Of a stretch of 64,000 nucleotides of DNA, positions 16,780-27,025 are shown one piece after another. The stretch spans positions 2,557-66,556 of the forward strand of contig CAYPGK010000003.1 in NCBI GenBank assembly GCA_964410055.1. The letters run 5' to 3'. The number at the start of each line of letters is the position of its first letter. The stretch's first letter is position 1. Source of the DNA: an uncultured Gemmatimonadaceae bacterium. Its GTDB lineage: Bacteria; Gemmatimonadota; Gemmatimonadetes; Longimicrobiales; RSA9. The notes under the pieces were generated by a model. That model saw nothing but the letters and a program-made list of their open reading frames with translations, did no database searches and was not told where the DNA came from. The translations under genes were made by a program, and so were the position numbers.

Positions 16780-18021
16780 TCACTCGTAGCGGAGCGCGAC
16801 GACCGGATCGAGCCGGGACGCGCGGGTGGCCGGATAGAGCCCGGCGATGATCCCGACGCCGGCGCCGAGCGCGATCGACACGATGATCCAACCGGCCGAA
16901 ATCGAGGCGGGGAGCGGGGAAACCGCGCTCACGATCTGGGCGAGCGCAATGCCGATCCCGATCCCGATCAACGCACCGAAGCCGGAGAGCGTGGCCGACT
17001 CGACGAGGACCTGGAGGATGATGTCGCGCCGGCGCGCGCCGATCGCCTTGCGCATCCCGATCTCGCGTGTCCGCTCCATGACGGACACGAGCATGATGTT
17101 CATGATGACCATCCCGCCGACGACCAGCGCGATCCCGACGAGCGTCGGGAAGGCGAGGTAGAGGATGCGGCTGATGCGCTCCCAGAACGCCATGGAATCG
17201 GTGGCGGTGTCGAGCGCGAAGTCGTTGGGCTGGTCGGGGCGCAGCCCGTGGCGCACGCGCATGATGGCCTCGACCTCGATGAGCGCCTGGGCCATCTGCT
17301 GCGGGTCGGCCGCGCGGATCAGGATGTTGTCGACGACGCCGTGCGGAGCCGTCTGCCGCGCGAGGATCGACCGGGACGGCGCGATCGCGCGGTTGTCCAT
17401 GGAAATCCCCAGGAGGGTGCCCTGCTTCTCGAGGACGCCGATCACGCGGAACCGGTGCCCGGCGATCTTGACCGTCCGCCCGATCGGATCACGACCGGCA
17501 AACAACTTCTCCGCCGCCTCGTGACCGAGGATGACGACGGGTGCGCCGATGCGGTCTTCGGGCGCCGTGAACGCGCGTCCGCGTGCCAACTTGTACTCGC
17601 GGATGCGGAAGTATTCCGCGGAGGCCGTCGTCAGCCAGACGTTCTCGATCTCGGTCCCATCCTCGCCGGCGACTCGCCCGCCGCCGCCGCTCTCCACCGC
17701 GACCAGGGCGGGGACCTGGAGCTGCTCCCGGATCGCCTCCGCATCCTCGAACGTGAGTCGCGGACGACGGATCCATTCCCGCCACTGCTCGCTGGACGTG
17801 TTGATCTGAACCTCGGGCCAGCGGCTGAGCGTGATGGTGTTGAGCCCGTAGATGGTCCGGGCGAAGTCCTCCTTCATGTACCGATTCATCCCCTCGATGA
17901 CGGTAACGACCGTCATGAGGAACATGACGCCGATGACCACGCCGATCACGGCGAAGAAGCTCTTGAGCTTCTGCGCCCGGATCTGCTGGAGCGCCAGCCG
18001 GACCCCTTCGCGGATGAACAT
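16780..18021 (-). CDS. MacB/FtsX-type ABC transporter permease (first paralog)
   Basis: Same architecture as 15538..16776, with ERTREIGMRKAIGA and a tail ending DPVVALRYE. Confidence 0.9.
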   Translation of the reverse strand: MFIREGVRLALQQIRAQKLKSFFAVIGVVIGVMFLMTVVTVIEGMNRYMKEDFARTIYGLNTITLSRWPEVQINTSSEQWREWIRRPRLTFEDAEAIREQLQVPALVAVESGGGGRVAGEDGTEIENVWLTTASAEYFRIREYKLARGRAFTAPEDRIGAPVVILGHEAAEKLFAGRDPIGRTVKIAGHRFRVIGVLEKQGTLLGISMDNRAIAPSRSILARQTAPHGVVDNILIRAADPQQMAQALIEVEAIMRVRHGLRPDQPNDFALDTATDSMAFWERISRILYLAFPTLVGIALVVGGMVIMNIMLVSVMERTREIGMRKAIGARRRDIILQVLVESATLSGFGALIGIGIGIALAQIVSAVSPLPASISAGWIIVSIALGAGVGIIAGLYPATRASRLDPVVALRYE

Positions 18022-18023
18022 CG

Positions 18024-18728
18024 TCAGACGGCCGCGGCTTTGCGGGAGACGTCGCTCTCGATCAGACCGTCACGCAGCGTGACCACGCGGTGCGCGTAAT
18101 CGGCGATGTCGTTTTCGTGCGTGACCAGGATGATCGTCTGGCCGTCCGCGTGCAGCTCGTCGAAGAGCGCCATGATCTCCTCGCTCGTCTTGCTGTCGAG
18201 GTTGCCCGTGGGCTCGTCGGCGAGCAGGATCGCCGGGTTGTTGATCAGCGCGCGGGCGATCGCAACGCGCTGGCGCTGCCCGCCGGAGAGCTCGCTCGGC
18301 TTGTGATCCATGCGCTCGGCGAGGCCGACGCGCTCGAGCGCGCTCGCCGCCCGCTCGCGCCGCTCCTTGGCCGGCACGCCGGCGTAGATCAGCGGGAGCT
18401 CGACGTTGTGCAGAGCGGTCGCGCGCGGGAGCAGGTTGAACGTCTGGAAGACGAAGCCGATCTCCTTGTTGCGGATGCGCGCCAGCTCATCGTCGGACAG
18501 CTCGGAGACGGCCTGGCCGTTGAGCCAGTACTCGCCCGAGGTCGGCGTGTCGAGGCAGCCGATGAGGTTCATGAACGTGGACTTGCCGGAGCCCGACGGG
18601 CCCATGATCGCCACGTACTCGTTCTTCTCGACAATGAGGTCGACGCCGCGCAGGGCGCGGACGATTTCCGAACCGAGCTGGTACTCCTTGGTCAGACCCT
18701 CGGTCCGGATCACCTGCTGGGCGATCAT
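18024..18728 (-). CDS. ABC transporter ATP-binding protein (MacB/LolD-like)
   Basis: Walker [10 protein letters not shown], signature LSGGQRQR, Walker [13 protein letters not shown] and H-loop VTHE. Confidence 0.95.
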   Translation of the reverse strand: MIAQQVIRTEGLTKEYQLGSEIVRALRGVDLIVEKNEYVAIMGPSGSGKSTFMNLIGCLDTPTSGEYWLNGQAVSELSDDELARIRNKEIGFVFQTFNLLPRATALHNVELPLIYAGVPAKERRERAASALERVGLAERMDHKPSELSGGQRQRVAIARALINNPAILLADEPTGNLDSKTSEEIMALFDELHADGQTIILVTHENDIADYAHRVVTLRDGLIESDVSRKAAAV

Positions 18729-20026
18729 TCGTTCTCCTCCGACGCTGATTTGGTGGACTTGGACTGCGCGCCCATGATACGGATCGGCGATCCGTCGGTC
18801 AGGTCGCGGATTGCCCCGTACGGGCCGGCTACGATGGAATCGCCTTCGGCGAGCCCGCTGATGACCTCGAAGTGCTCGGTGCCGGCGATGCCGACCTCGA
18901 CCGGGACGAAGCGCGCGATGCCGTCCCGCACGACGAAGACACCCTCGATGTCGGTCTGCTTCTCGATCCGGTCGGCCGCGCTGCTGGCCTCGGGGCTCTC
19001 CTGCGGCAGCGCCTCGAGCGCGTCGCTGTCCCGGACGGTGAGCGCAATGATCGGGATCGAGAGCGCGCCGGGCCGGATGTCCGTGACGATGTCGGCCGTG
19101 GCCGAGAGGTCGGGGCGCAGCGTCGGCGGCGGATTGTCGAGGCGGATGACGACCTCGAAGTCGACGGCCTGACCCTGCCCGCCCGGCCCGCTGCTCGTCA
19201 CACTCTCCGGCGGCCGGACGGAGCTGTGCGCGATCTCGGTTACGCGCCCGGTGAAGGTCTGGCGCGGGAACGCGTCGATCGTGATGCTCGCGCTGTCGCC
19301 GAGCGAGAGGTGCGGCACGTCCGTCTCGTCGACGCGCACCACGGCCTCCATGACCGACAGGTCGCTGATCGTGAGCAGCAGGCTGCCGGGGTTGTTCATC
19401 GTGCCGACGATCGCGGTCTCGCCCTCCTCGACGTTGAGCCGGGTGACGACGCCGTCGATCGGCGCGACGATGGACGTCTTGTCGAGCTGGTTCTCGGCCT
19501 CGCGCAGCGCGGCGCGCGCCTGGGCGACGCCGTGCTCGGCGGCACGCAGCAGTTCGCGCTCGACGAGGACCTTGGTCTCGGCCTCCTCGAGCTGCTGCCG
19601 GCTGACGAAACCGGTGTCGCGGGCGGCGAGGCTGCGCGCACGCTCGAGCGCGCGCTCCGCCTGGATCAGGTTCGCGCGGCTCTGCGCCTCACGGGCGAGC
19701 GCCTCGCTGACCACCGCCCGGGCGCGGGCGACGGCCGCCTCGTACTGCGTCGGGTCGATGCGCAGGAGGAGCTGGCCGCGACGGACCGAATCGCCTTCGG
19801 CGACCTCGAGTCGCGTGATGCGGCCCATGATGTCCGCCTGGATGTCGACCTTGCGGTGCGGCCGGACCCAGCCGCTCGCGGTGACGGTGGCCACGAGGTC
19901 GCGGCGCGCGACCGTTTCGACCCGAACCTGCGGCCCGCTCGGGCCGCCGCCCGAGAAGAACGCGCCGATGATGGCGACGCCGGCGACTCCGCCGAGACCG
20001 ATCCAGATCTTGGTACGCCTCTTCAT
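18725..20026 (-). CDS. efflux periplasmic adaptor subunit (MacA/HlyD family)
   Basis: N-terminal TM anchor, a lipoyl half ([25 protein letters not shown]), a long coiled-coil hairpin and beta-barrel/MPD domains. Confidence 0.9.
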   Translation of the reverse strand: MKRRTKIWIGLGGVAGVAIIGAFFSGGGPSGPQVRVETVARRDLVATVTASGWVRPHRKVDIQADIMGRITRLEVAEGDSVRRGQLLLRIDPTQYEAAVARARAVVSEALAREAQSRANLIQAERALERARSLAARDTGFVSRQQLEEAETKVLVERELLRAAEHGVAQARAALREAENQLDKTSIVAPIDGVVTRLNVEEGETAIVGTMNNPGSLLLTISDLSVMEAVVRVDETDVPHLSLGDSASITIDAFPRQTFTGRVTEIAHSSVRPPESVTSSGPGGQGQAVDFEVVIRLDNPPPTLRPDLSATADIVTDIRPGALSIPIIALTVRDSDALEALPQESPEASSAADRIEKQTDIEGVFVVRDGIARFVPVEVGIAGTEHFEVISGLAEGDSIVAGPYGAIRDLTDGSPIRIMGAQSKSTKSASEENE

Positions 20027-20027
20027 C

Positions 20028-21548
20028 TCACTCCTCCCCGGTCCGGGGTCGCAGGTTCTGTCCGACGGCGGTCTCGAGTGCGGCCAGCGCCTCGTGGAAG
20101 GCGTAGACGGCGCTCAGGTATTCACGATCCGCACGAGACTTCCGGGTCTCGGCGTCGGTCAGGTCGACGAACGTGATGGCTCCCACACGGTAGCGCTCAC
20201 GGGCGAGCTCCAACTGCTCTGCGGCCAGCTCGCGGTTGCGCTCCTCGAGGGTGACCGCCCGGTACGCGGCCTCGAGCGAGGAGTGCGCCGTGGCGACCTG
20301 GGTCTTGAGACGCAGCTCTTCGGCGCGCAGGCGAAGCCGGGCATCGTCCGCGGCGACGCGTGCGGCCTCGACGCGCCGCTCGCGCGCGAAGCCGTTGAAG
20401 ATGGGCAACGAGATCGTGAGCGAGGCCGAGAACGGCTGGCGCGCGAACTTGAAGGGGAACACGTCGTTCTCCTCGAGGATGCGCGCCTCGGTCGCCGGGT
20501 CGGGCATGAGCACCGAGCAGTCCTCGGTCGGGAGCGGCGGGTTGAGCCGCGTGACGACCTCGTTCGTCAGCTCGCACTGCTGACGCCGCGTTTCGAGGTT
20601 GCTCCGGTAGCGCTCGATGAGGTAATTGTCGTCACCGACCTGCTGGGCGTAGCCGCGCCAGTTCATGCTGAGGTTGAGCGAAGGCAGGTACTGGCTCCGC
20701 GCCATGCGGACCGAGGTCCGGGCGGCGTTCTCGACGGCCCGCTGTGCCCGGAGCTGAGGGTGCTGCTCGATCGCCAGGTCGACCAGCTGGTCGACGGACC
20801 AGTTCGGCCGGAACACGTCGAACTCGCTGGTCAGCTCGACCTCCTGGCCGAGGTCGAGCCCGATGGCCTCGAGGAGTCGCAGCGTTTCGGTGCGGAGCAG
20901 GTTCTCGGCGCGAAGGAGCTCGACCTCGGCGCGGCCGCGTTCGACCTCGGCCTGCTTCGCGTCGAGCGCGATCGCCGCGCCGACGGCGACGCGCGCCTCG
21001 GCGAGCCTCAGGTTCTCCGTCGCGCGCTCCAGCTCCTGCCGGGCGAGCTGGACGCCGTCGCGCGCCGCGACCGCCGAGAGGTACATGCGCGTGATGTCGG
21101 CGGTCAGGTTGAACGCCGCAGCCTCGATCCGCGCCCGGGTCGCGTTGCGGTTCGCCTTCTCCTGCCGCGGCCGGAAGATCGCATCGCCGTTGAGCTGGTA
21201 GCCGACCGAGATGCCGTACCCCGAAGAGAGGTAGGCCGGCGTGCGACCGAAGCCGAGGTCGGTGCTCGAGAAGACGCCCAGGCGCTGCTCGCCGGCGGCG
21301 TCGTACCCGAGGCTGCCGCCGATGGATGCGGACGGCAGCAGCGCGCCGTACGCTTCACGGACGGCCCAGTCGGCCTCGATCTCGTCGTTCTGCTGAATCA
21401 GGAATTCCGGGTTGTTGCGGCTGGCAAGGGCGATGGCCTCTTCGAGAGAGAGCGTCGCCGGAGCCTGCTGTGCAGCGGCCGTGGTGGGCACGGCCAGACA
21501 GAGGAGAAGTAAGACCCTCGGCCACGTTGAAGATCTGCGTGAATGCAC
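20028..21548 (-). CDS. TolC-family outer membrane efflux protein
   Basis: Two TolC repeats with a signal peptide RVLLLLCLAVPTTAAAQQ. I prefer GTG at 21548 (AGGAGA 8 nt upstream) over the track start at 21617. Confidence 0.85.
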   Translation of the reverse strand: MHSRRSSTWPRVLLLLCLAVPTTAAAQQAPATLSLEEAIALASRNNPEFLIQQNDEIEADWAVREAYGALLPSASIGGSLGYDAAGEQRLGVFSSTDLGFGRTPAYLSSGYGISVGYQLNGDAIFRPRQEKANRNATRARIEAAAFNLTADITRMYLSAVAARDGVQLARQELERATENLRLAEARVAVGAAIALDAKQAEVERGRAEVELLRAENLLRTETLRLLEAIGLDLGQEVELTSEFDVFRPNWSVDQLVDLAIEQHPQLRAQRAVENAARTSVRMARSQYLPSLNLSMNWRGYAQQVGDDNYLIERYRSNLETRRQQCELTNEVVTRLNPPLPTEDCSVLMPDPATEARILEENDVFPFKFARQPFSASLTISLPIFNGFARERRVEAARVAADDARLRLRAEELRLKTQVATAHSSLEAAYRAVTLEERNRELAAEQLELARERYRVGAITFVDLTDAETRKSRADREYLSAVYAFHEALAALETAVGQNLRPRTGEE

Positions 21549-21711
21549 CGCTCGTATCTCCTGTTCGGTGTGGGTACGCCGCGCGAGGCGGCGTTGGCGC
21601 GTTGCCGTCGGGAACACGACTCCGCGTAATACGGCACGGCCTTTCCCCGGGTTTCAGACGCATTACGGAGGCAAAGCGTTGCCGCGAGCGCCGGCGCCAT
21701 GCGGGCACGGA

Positions 21712-22416
21712 TCATCGCGGAGCGTTCGTGCGGATGGCCTCGTACCGCCGCTCGGGCACCTCCATGCGCAGGACCCGGCCGCGGTCGTCGACCCAGAGGT
21801 GCACGTCGGGGGCGCCAGCCAGGGTGACGACGAGACGCCGGGCAGGGATGCTACGACTGCCGATGCGGACCGACGCCTGGCCGGCGTCCTCGACGGTGCC
21901 CGCCACCTGGCGGTTCAGGCGCGGGATGATGATCGGGACGCGGGTCGCGCCCGCGGCGGCGCGCCGGGCGAGGAAATAATGGTGATGGACGACGCCCGCG
22001 TCGACCAGGACGGCGCCCTCACTGGCGAGGTACTCGCGCATCTGCTCGCCGGTCGGCGACACGATCAGTGCGCTGAACCGTCCGCCGACGACGCGCCCGA
22101 CGATGCGCTGGCCGTCCGGGCCGCGCACCGTGACGTCGTAGGCGGCGGGGCGGAGCGATGGCCCCTCGACGCGCAGGACGGCGCGCACCTCCTGCGGCGC
22201 CCCGGCGGTGTCGACCACGACCGAGCCCTGCGCGATGATGACCGCGTCGTCCCCGGTGCCGCTCTGGCGTATGTTGAACGTCTCGGTCCCGATCTCGCGG
22301 CCGGCCAGGAAGAAACGGAACGAGCCCTCGTCGAGTGTGGTCGTCTGGGCTCCGAGCGCCGTCGGAAGGCCGAGGATCACGAGGAGCGGGAGCAGGCGGT
22401 CGAGGGGACGTCGCAT
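21712..22416 (-). CDS. hypothetical secreted protein
   Basis: ATG at 22416 after GGAGG. Signal peptide MRRPLDRLLPLLVILGLPTALGAQ and a beta-rich body. No family recognised. 4-nt overlap with the upstream creatininase-family gene. Confidence 0.6.
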   Translation of the reverse strand: MRRPLDRLLPLLVILGLPTALGAQTTTLDEGSFRFFLAGREIGTETFNIRQSGTGDDAVIIAQGSVVVDTAGAPQEVRAVLRVEGPSLRPAAYDVTVRGPDGQRIVGRVVGGRFSALIVSPTGEQMREYLASEGAVLVDAGVVHHHYFLARRAAAGATRVPIIIPRLNRQVAGTVEDAGQASVRIGSRSIPARRLVVTLAGAPDVHLWVDDRGRVLRMEVPERRYEAIRTNAPR

Positions 22417-22481
22417 ACCAGCCTCCGTGGGAGCAGGCGAAACCCGGATTACCCCGCAGGCACCGGCAGGGTTCGTTGGAC

Positions 22482-23237
22482 TCACAGCGTGTCGGACCTG
22501 GCGGGCGCGGGCTCGAGGAACACCGCACGGCGCACGGCGTCCAGGATCGCGCGGTAGATTCGTTCGCCCTTCGCGGCGCTCGCCGCGGTCGGATATCCGA
22601 TCACCCCGGCGCTGTCGGGCGGCGGGACCGGGATCCCGTCGTGCAGGTATCGGTGGAGCTCGCCCGGCGGGGCGTCGACATCGCGCGCGCGATCCATCCG
22701 TACGAGCTCGGGGTAGAGGTAGAGCATGACCGAAGTCTCGGCCTCGCCGCCGTGGAGTGGGGCATCCTGTCTATCGAGCAGCGCGGAGACGTCGGTGTCC
22801 CAGATCTCGACGACGCGCACCCGCGCGCGGAAGGTGAGGAGCGTCGCGAGCGCGTCCAGGTGCGGCGCGTGCCTGTGCGCGGTGAGGATGATGAACTCGG
22901 TCACCCCGTGGGATTCCCAGGATCCGAGCAGCTCGTTGAGCGCGCGGTGGAGCGTCTTGGCGGTGAGCGACGCGGTCCCGGCGAAGCCGCGCGCGGCCTC
23001 CACGTTGACGCCGTAGTGGAACGTCGGCGCTCGGAGCACGCCGAACTCCCGTGAGAGGTCGACGGCGATCCGACGCGCGATCAGGACGTTGGATCCCAGG
23101 GGCAGGTGAGGGCCATGCTGTTCCAGGGCGCCCACGGGTACGATGAGACGCGAGTCGCGGGCGAGGTGCGCGGCGACATCGACCCAACTCATCTCGTCGA
23201 GTGAAACGGACGGCAACGAATCATGCATTGCGAGCAA
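22482..23237 (-). CDS. creatininase-family amidohydrolase
   Basis: VPVGALEQHGPHLPLGSN..., TAHRHAPHL and GGEAETS are the metal-binding patterns of the creatinine amidohydrolase family. Confidence 0.85.
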   Translation of the reverse strand: MLAMHDSLPSVSLDEMSWVDVAAHLARDSRLIVPVGALEQHGPHLPLGSNVLIARRIAVDLSREFGVLRAPTFHYGVNVEAARGFAGTASLTAKTLHRALNELLGSWESHGVTEFIILTAHRHAPHLDALATLLTFRARVRVVEIWDTDVSALLDRQDAPLHGGEAETSVMLYLYPELVRMDRARDVDAPPGELHRYLHDGIPVPPPDSAGVIGYPTAASAAKGERIYRAILDAVRRAVFLEPAPARSDTL

Positions 23238-26200
23238 CCCGACGTGAGGGTCCGTTGAGCGTCACGCAGAAGCGAAGCGTGGGCCTCGTCTGCGGCATTG
23301 CGTACGCCGCGGTGGTCCTGGTGCTGGCCTGGTCACGGGCGCTCGAGGCGCCGTACCTGGCGGCCGCCGCTATCGCGCTGTGCGCCGCGCCGGTGGCGTG
23401 GTGGCGGCTGAGCCGTCGGCCCGGCACGGCGGAGGTGACGCCGGCCCGGCGCACGCCGAAGGTGCTCCTCCTCACTGCGTGGACGACCCTCGCCGCTGCG
23501 TGCGCGGTCGCGGCGGTGGTCGAGCACCGTCTGCACCGGCTCGACGCGGAGTGGCCCCGGCCGCAGGTCACGAGAGAGGCGCGGCTGACCCGGGAGCTGG
23601 ACCGTGGCATGGACCAGCTCATCGAGCGGAGCCGGGTCGCGGCCGAGCGGGCGGCGGAGGCCGCAGCGGCGCCCGACCGCGGCGACATGTTCGCCACGCT
23701 CGGCGAGCTCCGGGTCCGCACGGGCGTGGCCGCGCTCGCGCTCTTCGACGAGACCGGCGAACTGATCGCGTGGGCAGGCGAACACCGGGGCGCGCTGCCG
23801 CGTGAGGCGAAGCTCGGAGAGAAGTCGGTCTTCTACGCCGAGCGTCCGCTCTTCGGATACCTATACGTGACCCGACCGGTGGAGGGAAGGGGGGAGCGGG
23901 TGGTCGCGGCGGCGCTGCTCCAGACGGGGCTGGTCATGGAGCAGCAGGGCGCGGTGGGGTTCGCCGACCGCTTCGCGGAGCGGATGGGAGCACGGCCGTA
24001 CTTCACGGCGGGCCCGGGACCGGAAGGCGCCTGGTCGCTGATCGCGGGATCGGACACGACGCTGCACGCGCGCTTCGAGCCGATCACGCGGGCGGAGTGG
24101 CGGGGCGGCCTGGCCCAGGCGGGCCGGCGGGCGGTCGTGCCGCTGGCTCTGCTCTCGCTGATCTTCCTCTCGGCCGCGTGGCTCCGGGTCCACCGCGGGC
24201 GCGGCCTCGAGACCGCGGCGCCGCTGATCGGGCTCACGGTCGCGATGATGGTGGCGCCGCTGGGCGCGGTGACCGGCGCCGACACCCTCTTCTCGCCGGC
24301 GCTCTACCTCCTCCCCGTGGTTGGCGAGCCATCGTTGGGCCGGCTCCTGGCCGTGCTGCTCCCGCTGGCCGCATTGACGGCGGTGGCGCGGCCGGTTCGA
24401 CTGGAGGGGCGGGCGGCGCACGCCGCGGTCGCAGTCGGCGCGCTGGTCATCGCGATCGGCTTCGCCGGCGGGCTCCGGCTGATCCTCGAGGGCGCAGCAC
24501 CGAGTCTGCTCGAGGGCGGGTCCGCCTACTGGGCGGCGGTGCAGGGTGCGGCGTTCCTTGCCCTCACGATGATCGCGGCGCTGGCGATCCCGCAGGGACG
24601 TCCCGGTCCTGCGCGGCTCGGTCCGATCCTCGCCGGCGCGGCGCTCTGCGTCGTGCTCGCGGGCGTGGTGGTGGCCCGGTGGCGCATGACGCAGCGGGTC
24701 GAAGCATGGCTGCCCATGCTGTGGGCGGTCCCCTTCGCCCTGCTCGCGATCGGGATCCTGCGGTACGACGGCCGCGCGAGCCGGATCGTGCGCTGGCTCA
24801 CGGCCGGCTGGCTGGCCGCGAGCGCAGTGCTCCCCCACCTCTGGGTCACGGAGGTCTCCGCGAAGATCGGCGCGGCGGACCGACAGCTCGCGACGCTCGG
24901 CTCGCGTCCGGACCCGTTCCTCGACTACCTGCTCCACCGCTTCGCCGATGAGGCGGTCAACCGGGACGGCCGCGGCGAGGACGGCGTGGAGATGCTCTAC
25001 CGTGCCTGGGTCGCGAGCGGGCTCGCGGTCGAGGCGTATCCCGCGCGGATCCGGCTGTGGCGGCCGGACGCGCCGTCGCTCGAGCTCGCGGTCGGAGACG
25101 CGGAAAGCGTGCGGCGCGCGCCGGGCGTTTCGGCGGCGCGGCTACGGTCGGAGATCGACCGCGCGCGCTCTCTCGGCACGCCGTTGCTGGAGCCGATGTT
25201 CGACATGGGCGGGGGCGGCCAGATCCTGGCAGTCCCGCTCGAGGGCGAGCGGGCGGTCACGGTGGTCGTGCCGCCGCGCCGGAGCCTGGGTCGCGGGACG
25301 ATCCTCGCGCCGATCCTCGGAGGCGAGCCCGCGGCGGGCACACGGCTCACGCTGGTGCCGGTCGCCGAGCCGGCGGGGCCCGTGCCGGAGGAGGCGGAGT
25401 GGATCCCGACGGAGACCGGGTGGCGGAGTGAGAAGCTGCTCAGCTACCCGGACGGCGTCTACCATGCGCACCTGGACCTCCGCCTCCCGGGGGCGGGTGT
25501 GCTGGCTGCGCGCGGCGCGCTGCTCCTGGCGCTGGATCTCGCCGTGCTCGCGCTCCTGTGGATCATCGGCAGTACGGCGCGGGGGGCGCCGCCGACGCCG
25601 CCGGGCGGATGGACCGCGTGGACGGGTTCGTTCCGCTCGCGGGTCACGCTCGCGCTGTTCGCGTTCTTCCTGCTGCCGACGATCGTCTTCGGCGCCACGG
25701 CGTACCGAGCTCTCGCCGGCGAGACGGCGCGGGCGGCGCGGATCGTCGCCGAGCGGGCCGTGGAGCAGGCGGTCGCGGCGTTCGCGGAGATGCCCGGAAA
25801 CTGGCGCGCGATCTCGGACCGCGTGGGCGAAGAAGTGCTCTACTACCATCGGGGCGAGCTGGCGCAGGCCTCCTCGCCGGAGGTGGTCGAGCTGGGTCTC
25901 TTCGGCGCCTGGATGCCGCCGCGCGTGTACGGACTCCTCCAGAGCGGCGAGGAGATGGGCGTGGTCGAGACTCGGACACTCGGGGAGCGCCGATACCTGG
26001 TGGCGTACCGTCGCCTGCCGGCGGGAACGGTCGCGGTGCCGGTCTCGATGGCGGCCGGCGAGGCGTCGATCCGCCAGGCGGAGCTGGCGCACCTGATCCT
26101 CTTCGCCGCGCTCCTCGGCGGACTCCTCTCGCTCGGGCTGTCGCTGCTGGTGGGGCGGACGCTGGCCCGTCCCATCGGCCAGCTCCGGCGTGCCGCGGGC

Positions 26201-27025
26201 GCGGTCGGCGCGGGCCGGCTCCACGTCCGGCTGCCCGAGGACGGCGCCGGCGAGTTCGGGCAGCTATTCACGTCGTTCAACCGGATGGTTCGGCGGTTGA
26301 GGGACGCGCGCGCGAAGGAGGTCCACACCGCGCGGGTGCTGGCGTGGGGCGAGATGTCCAGGCAGGTGGCGCACGAGATCAAGAACCCGCTCACGCCGAT
26401 CAAGCTCGCGGTTCAGCATCTGCGTCGGGCATACAGCGACGGCCGGCCGGACTTCGACCAGATCCTGGACACGAACGTCGAGCAGATCCTGAAGGAGATC
26501 GACCGGCTGACGGAGATCGCGCGTGCGTTCTCGCGCTACGGCGCGCCGCCCGAGGCGGCGGGCCCGCTGGAGCCGGTGGACGTGGTCGCCGCGATCCGCG
26601 AGGCGCTCACGCTGTACCGTTCGGATGCGTCCGTTCGGTTCCAGGCGGAGGTGGAGGCGGACGTGCCTCGCGCGCTCGCGCGGACGGGGGAATTGAAGGA
26701 GGTCATCCTCAACCTCCTGGAGAACGCGTACACCGCTCTCGACGGCGCCGGCACCGTTACCGTGTCCGCGGCCGGCGCGGGCGAATGGGTCGAACTCACG
26801 GTCCGGGACGATGGGCCGGGGATCCCGCCCGAACTGATCGAGAGGGTCTTCGAACCGCACTTCTCGACGCGCTCGGCGGGTACGGGGCTCGGCCTTGCGA
26901 TCGTGCGGCGTCTCGTGGAAGGGTGGGGCGGTACCCTGACCGCCGAGAGCGAGGTCGGCCAGGGCACCGCCATCCGGATCCAACTGCCGGTGGCGCGGGA
27001 GCCTATCGCCGCGTCCGGTAGTTGA
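23201..27025 (+). CDS. large polytopic sensor histidine kinase (HAMP-HisKA-HATPase)
   Basis: About 900-aa N-terminal region with many TM segments and two large loops, then HAMP (ARPIGQLRRAAGAVGAGRL..FNRMVRRL), H-box HEIKNPLTPI, N-box LLENAY, DDGPGIP and GTGLGLAIV. The start is uncertain because 23201 overlaps the divergent gene; TTG at 23255 is possible. Confidence 0.85.
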   Translation: MKRTATNHALRATRREGPLSVTQKRSVGLVCGIAYAAVVLVLAWSRALEAPYLAAAAIALCAAPVAWWRLSRRPGTAEVTPARRTPKVLLLTAWTTLAAACAVAAVVEHRLHRLDAEWPRPQVTREARLTRELDRGMDQLIERSRVAAERAAEAAAAPDRGDMFATLGELRVRTGVAALALFDETGELIAWAGEHRGALPREAKLGEKSVFYAERPLFGYLYVTRPVEGRGERVVAAALLQTGLVMEQQGAVGFADRFAERMGARPYFTAGPGPEGAWSLIAGSDTTLHARFEPITRAEWRGGLAQAGRRAVVPLALLSLIFLSAAWLRVHRGRGLETAAPLIGLTVAMMVAPLGAVTGADTLFSPALYLLPVVGEPSLGRLLAVLLPLAALTAVARPVRLEGRAAHAAVAVGALVIAIGFAGGLRLILEGAAPSLLEGGSAYWAAVQGAAFLALTMIAALAIPQGRPGPARLGPILAGAALCVVLAGVVVARWRMTQRVEAWLPMLWAVPFALLAIGILRYDGRASRIVRWLTAGWLAASAVLPHLWVTEVSAKIGAADRQLATLGSRPDPFLDYLLHRFADEAVNRDGRGEDGVEMLYRAWVASGLAVEAYPARIRLWRPDAPSLELAVGDAESVRRAPGVSAARLRSEIDRARSLGTPLLEPMFDMGGGGQILAVPLEGERAVTVVVPPRRSLGRGTILAPILGGEPAAGTRLTLVPVAEPAGPVPEEAEWIPTETGWRSEKLLSYPDGVYHAHLDLRLPGAGVLAARGALLLALDLAVLALLWIIGSTARGAPPTPPGGWTAWTGSFRSRVTLALFAFFLLPTIVFGATAYRALAGETARAARIVAERAVEQAVAAFAEMPGNWRAISDRVGEEVLYYHRGELAQASSPEVVELGLFGAWMPPRVYGLLQSGEEMGVVETRTLGERRYLVAYRRLPAGTVAVPVSMAAGEASIRQAELAHLILFAALLGGLLSLGLSLLVGRTLARPIGQLRRAAGAVGAGRLHVRLPEDGAGEFGQLFTSFNRMVRRLRDARAKEVHTARVLAWGEMSRQVAHEIKNPLTPIKLAVQHLRRAYSDGRPDFDQILDTNVEQILKEIDRLTEIARAFSRYGAPPEAAGPLEPVDVVAAIREALTLYRSDASVRFQAEVEADVPRALARTGELKEVILNLLENAYTALDGAGTVTVSAAGAGEWVELTVRDDGPGIPPELIERVFEPHFSTRSAGTGLGLAIVRRLVEGWGGTLTAESEVGQGTAIRIQLPVAREPIAASGS

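Noticed and set aside
23201-23237. 37-bp overlap of the divergent creatininase-family and histidine-kinase ORF starts.
   Set aside because: This is most likely an artefact of taking the longest ORF for the kinase. A downstream start, such as TTG at 23255, removes the overlap.
27003-27025. 23-bp 3'-end overlap of the convergent kinase and htrA genes.
   Set aside because: Short convergent overlaps are common in compact high-GC genomes. Nothing else is unusual at the junction.
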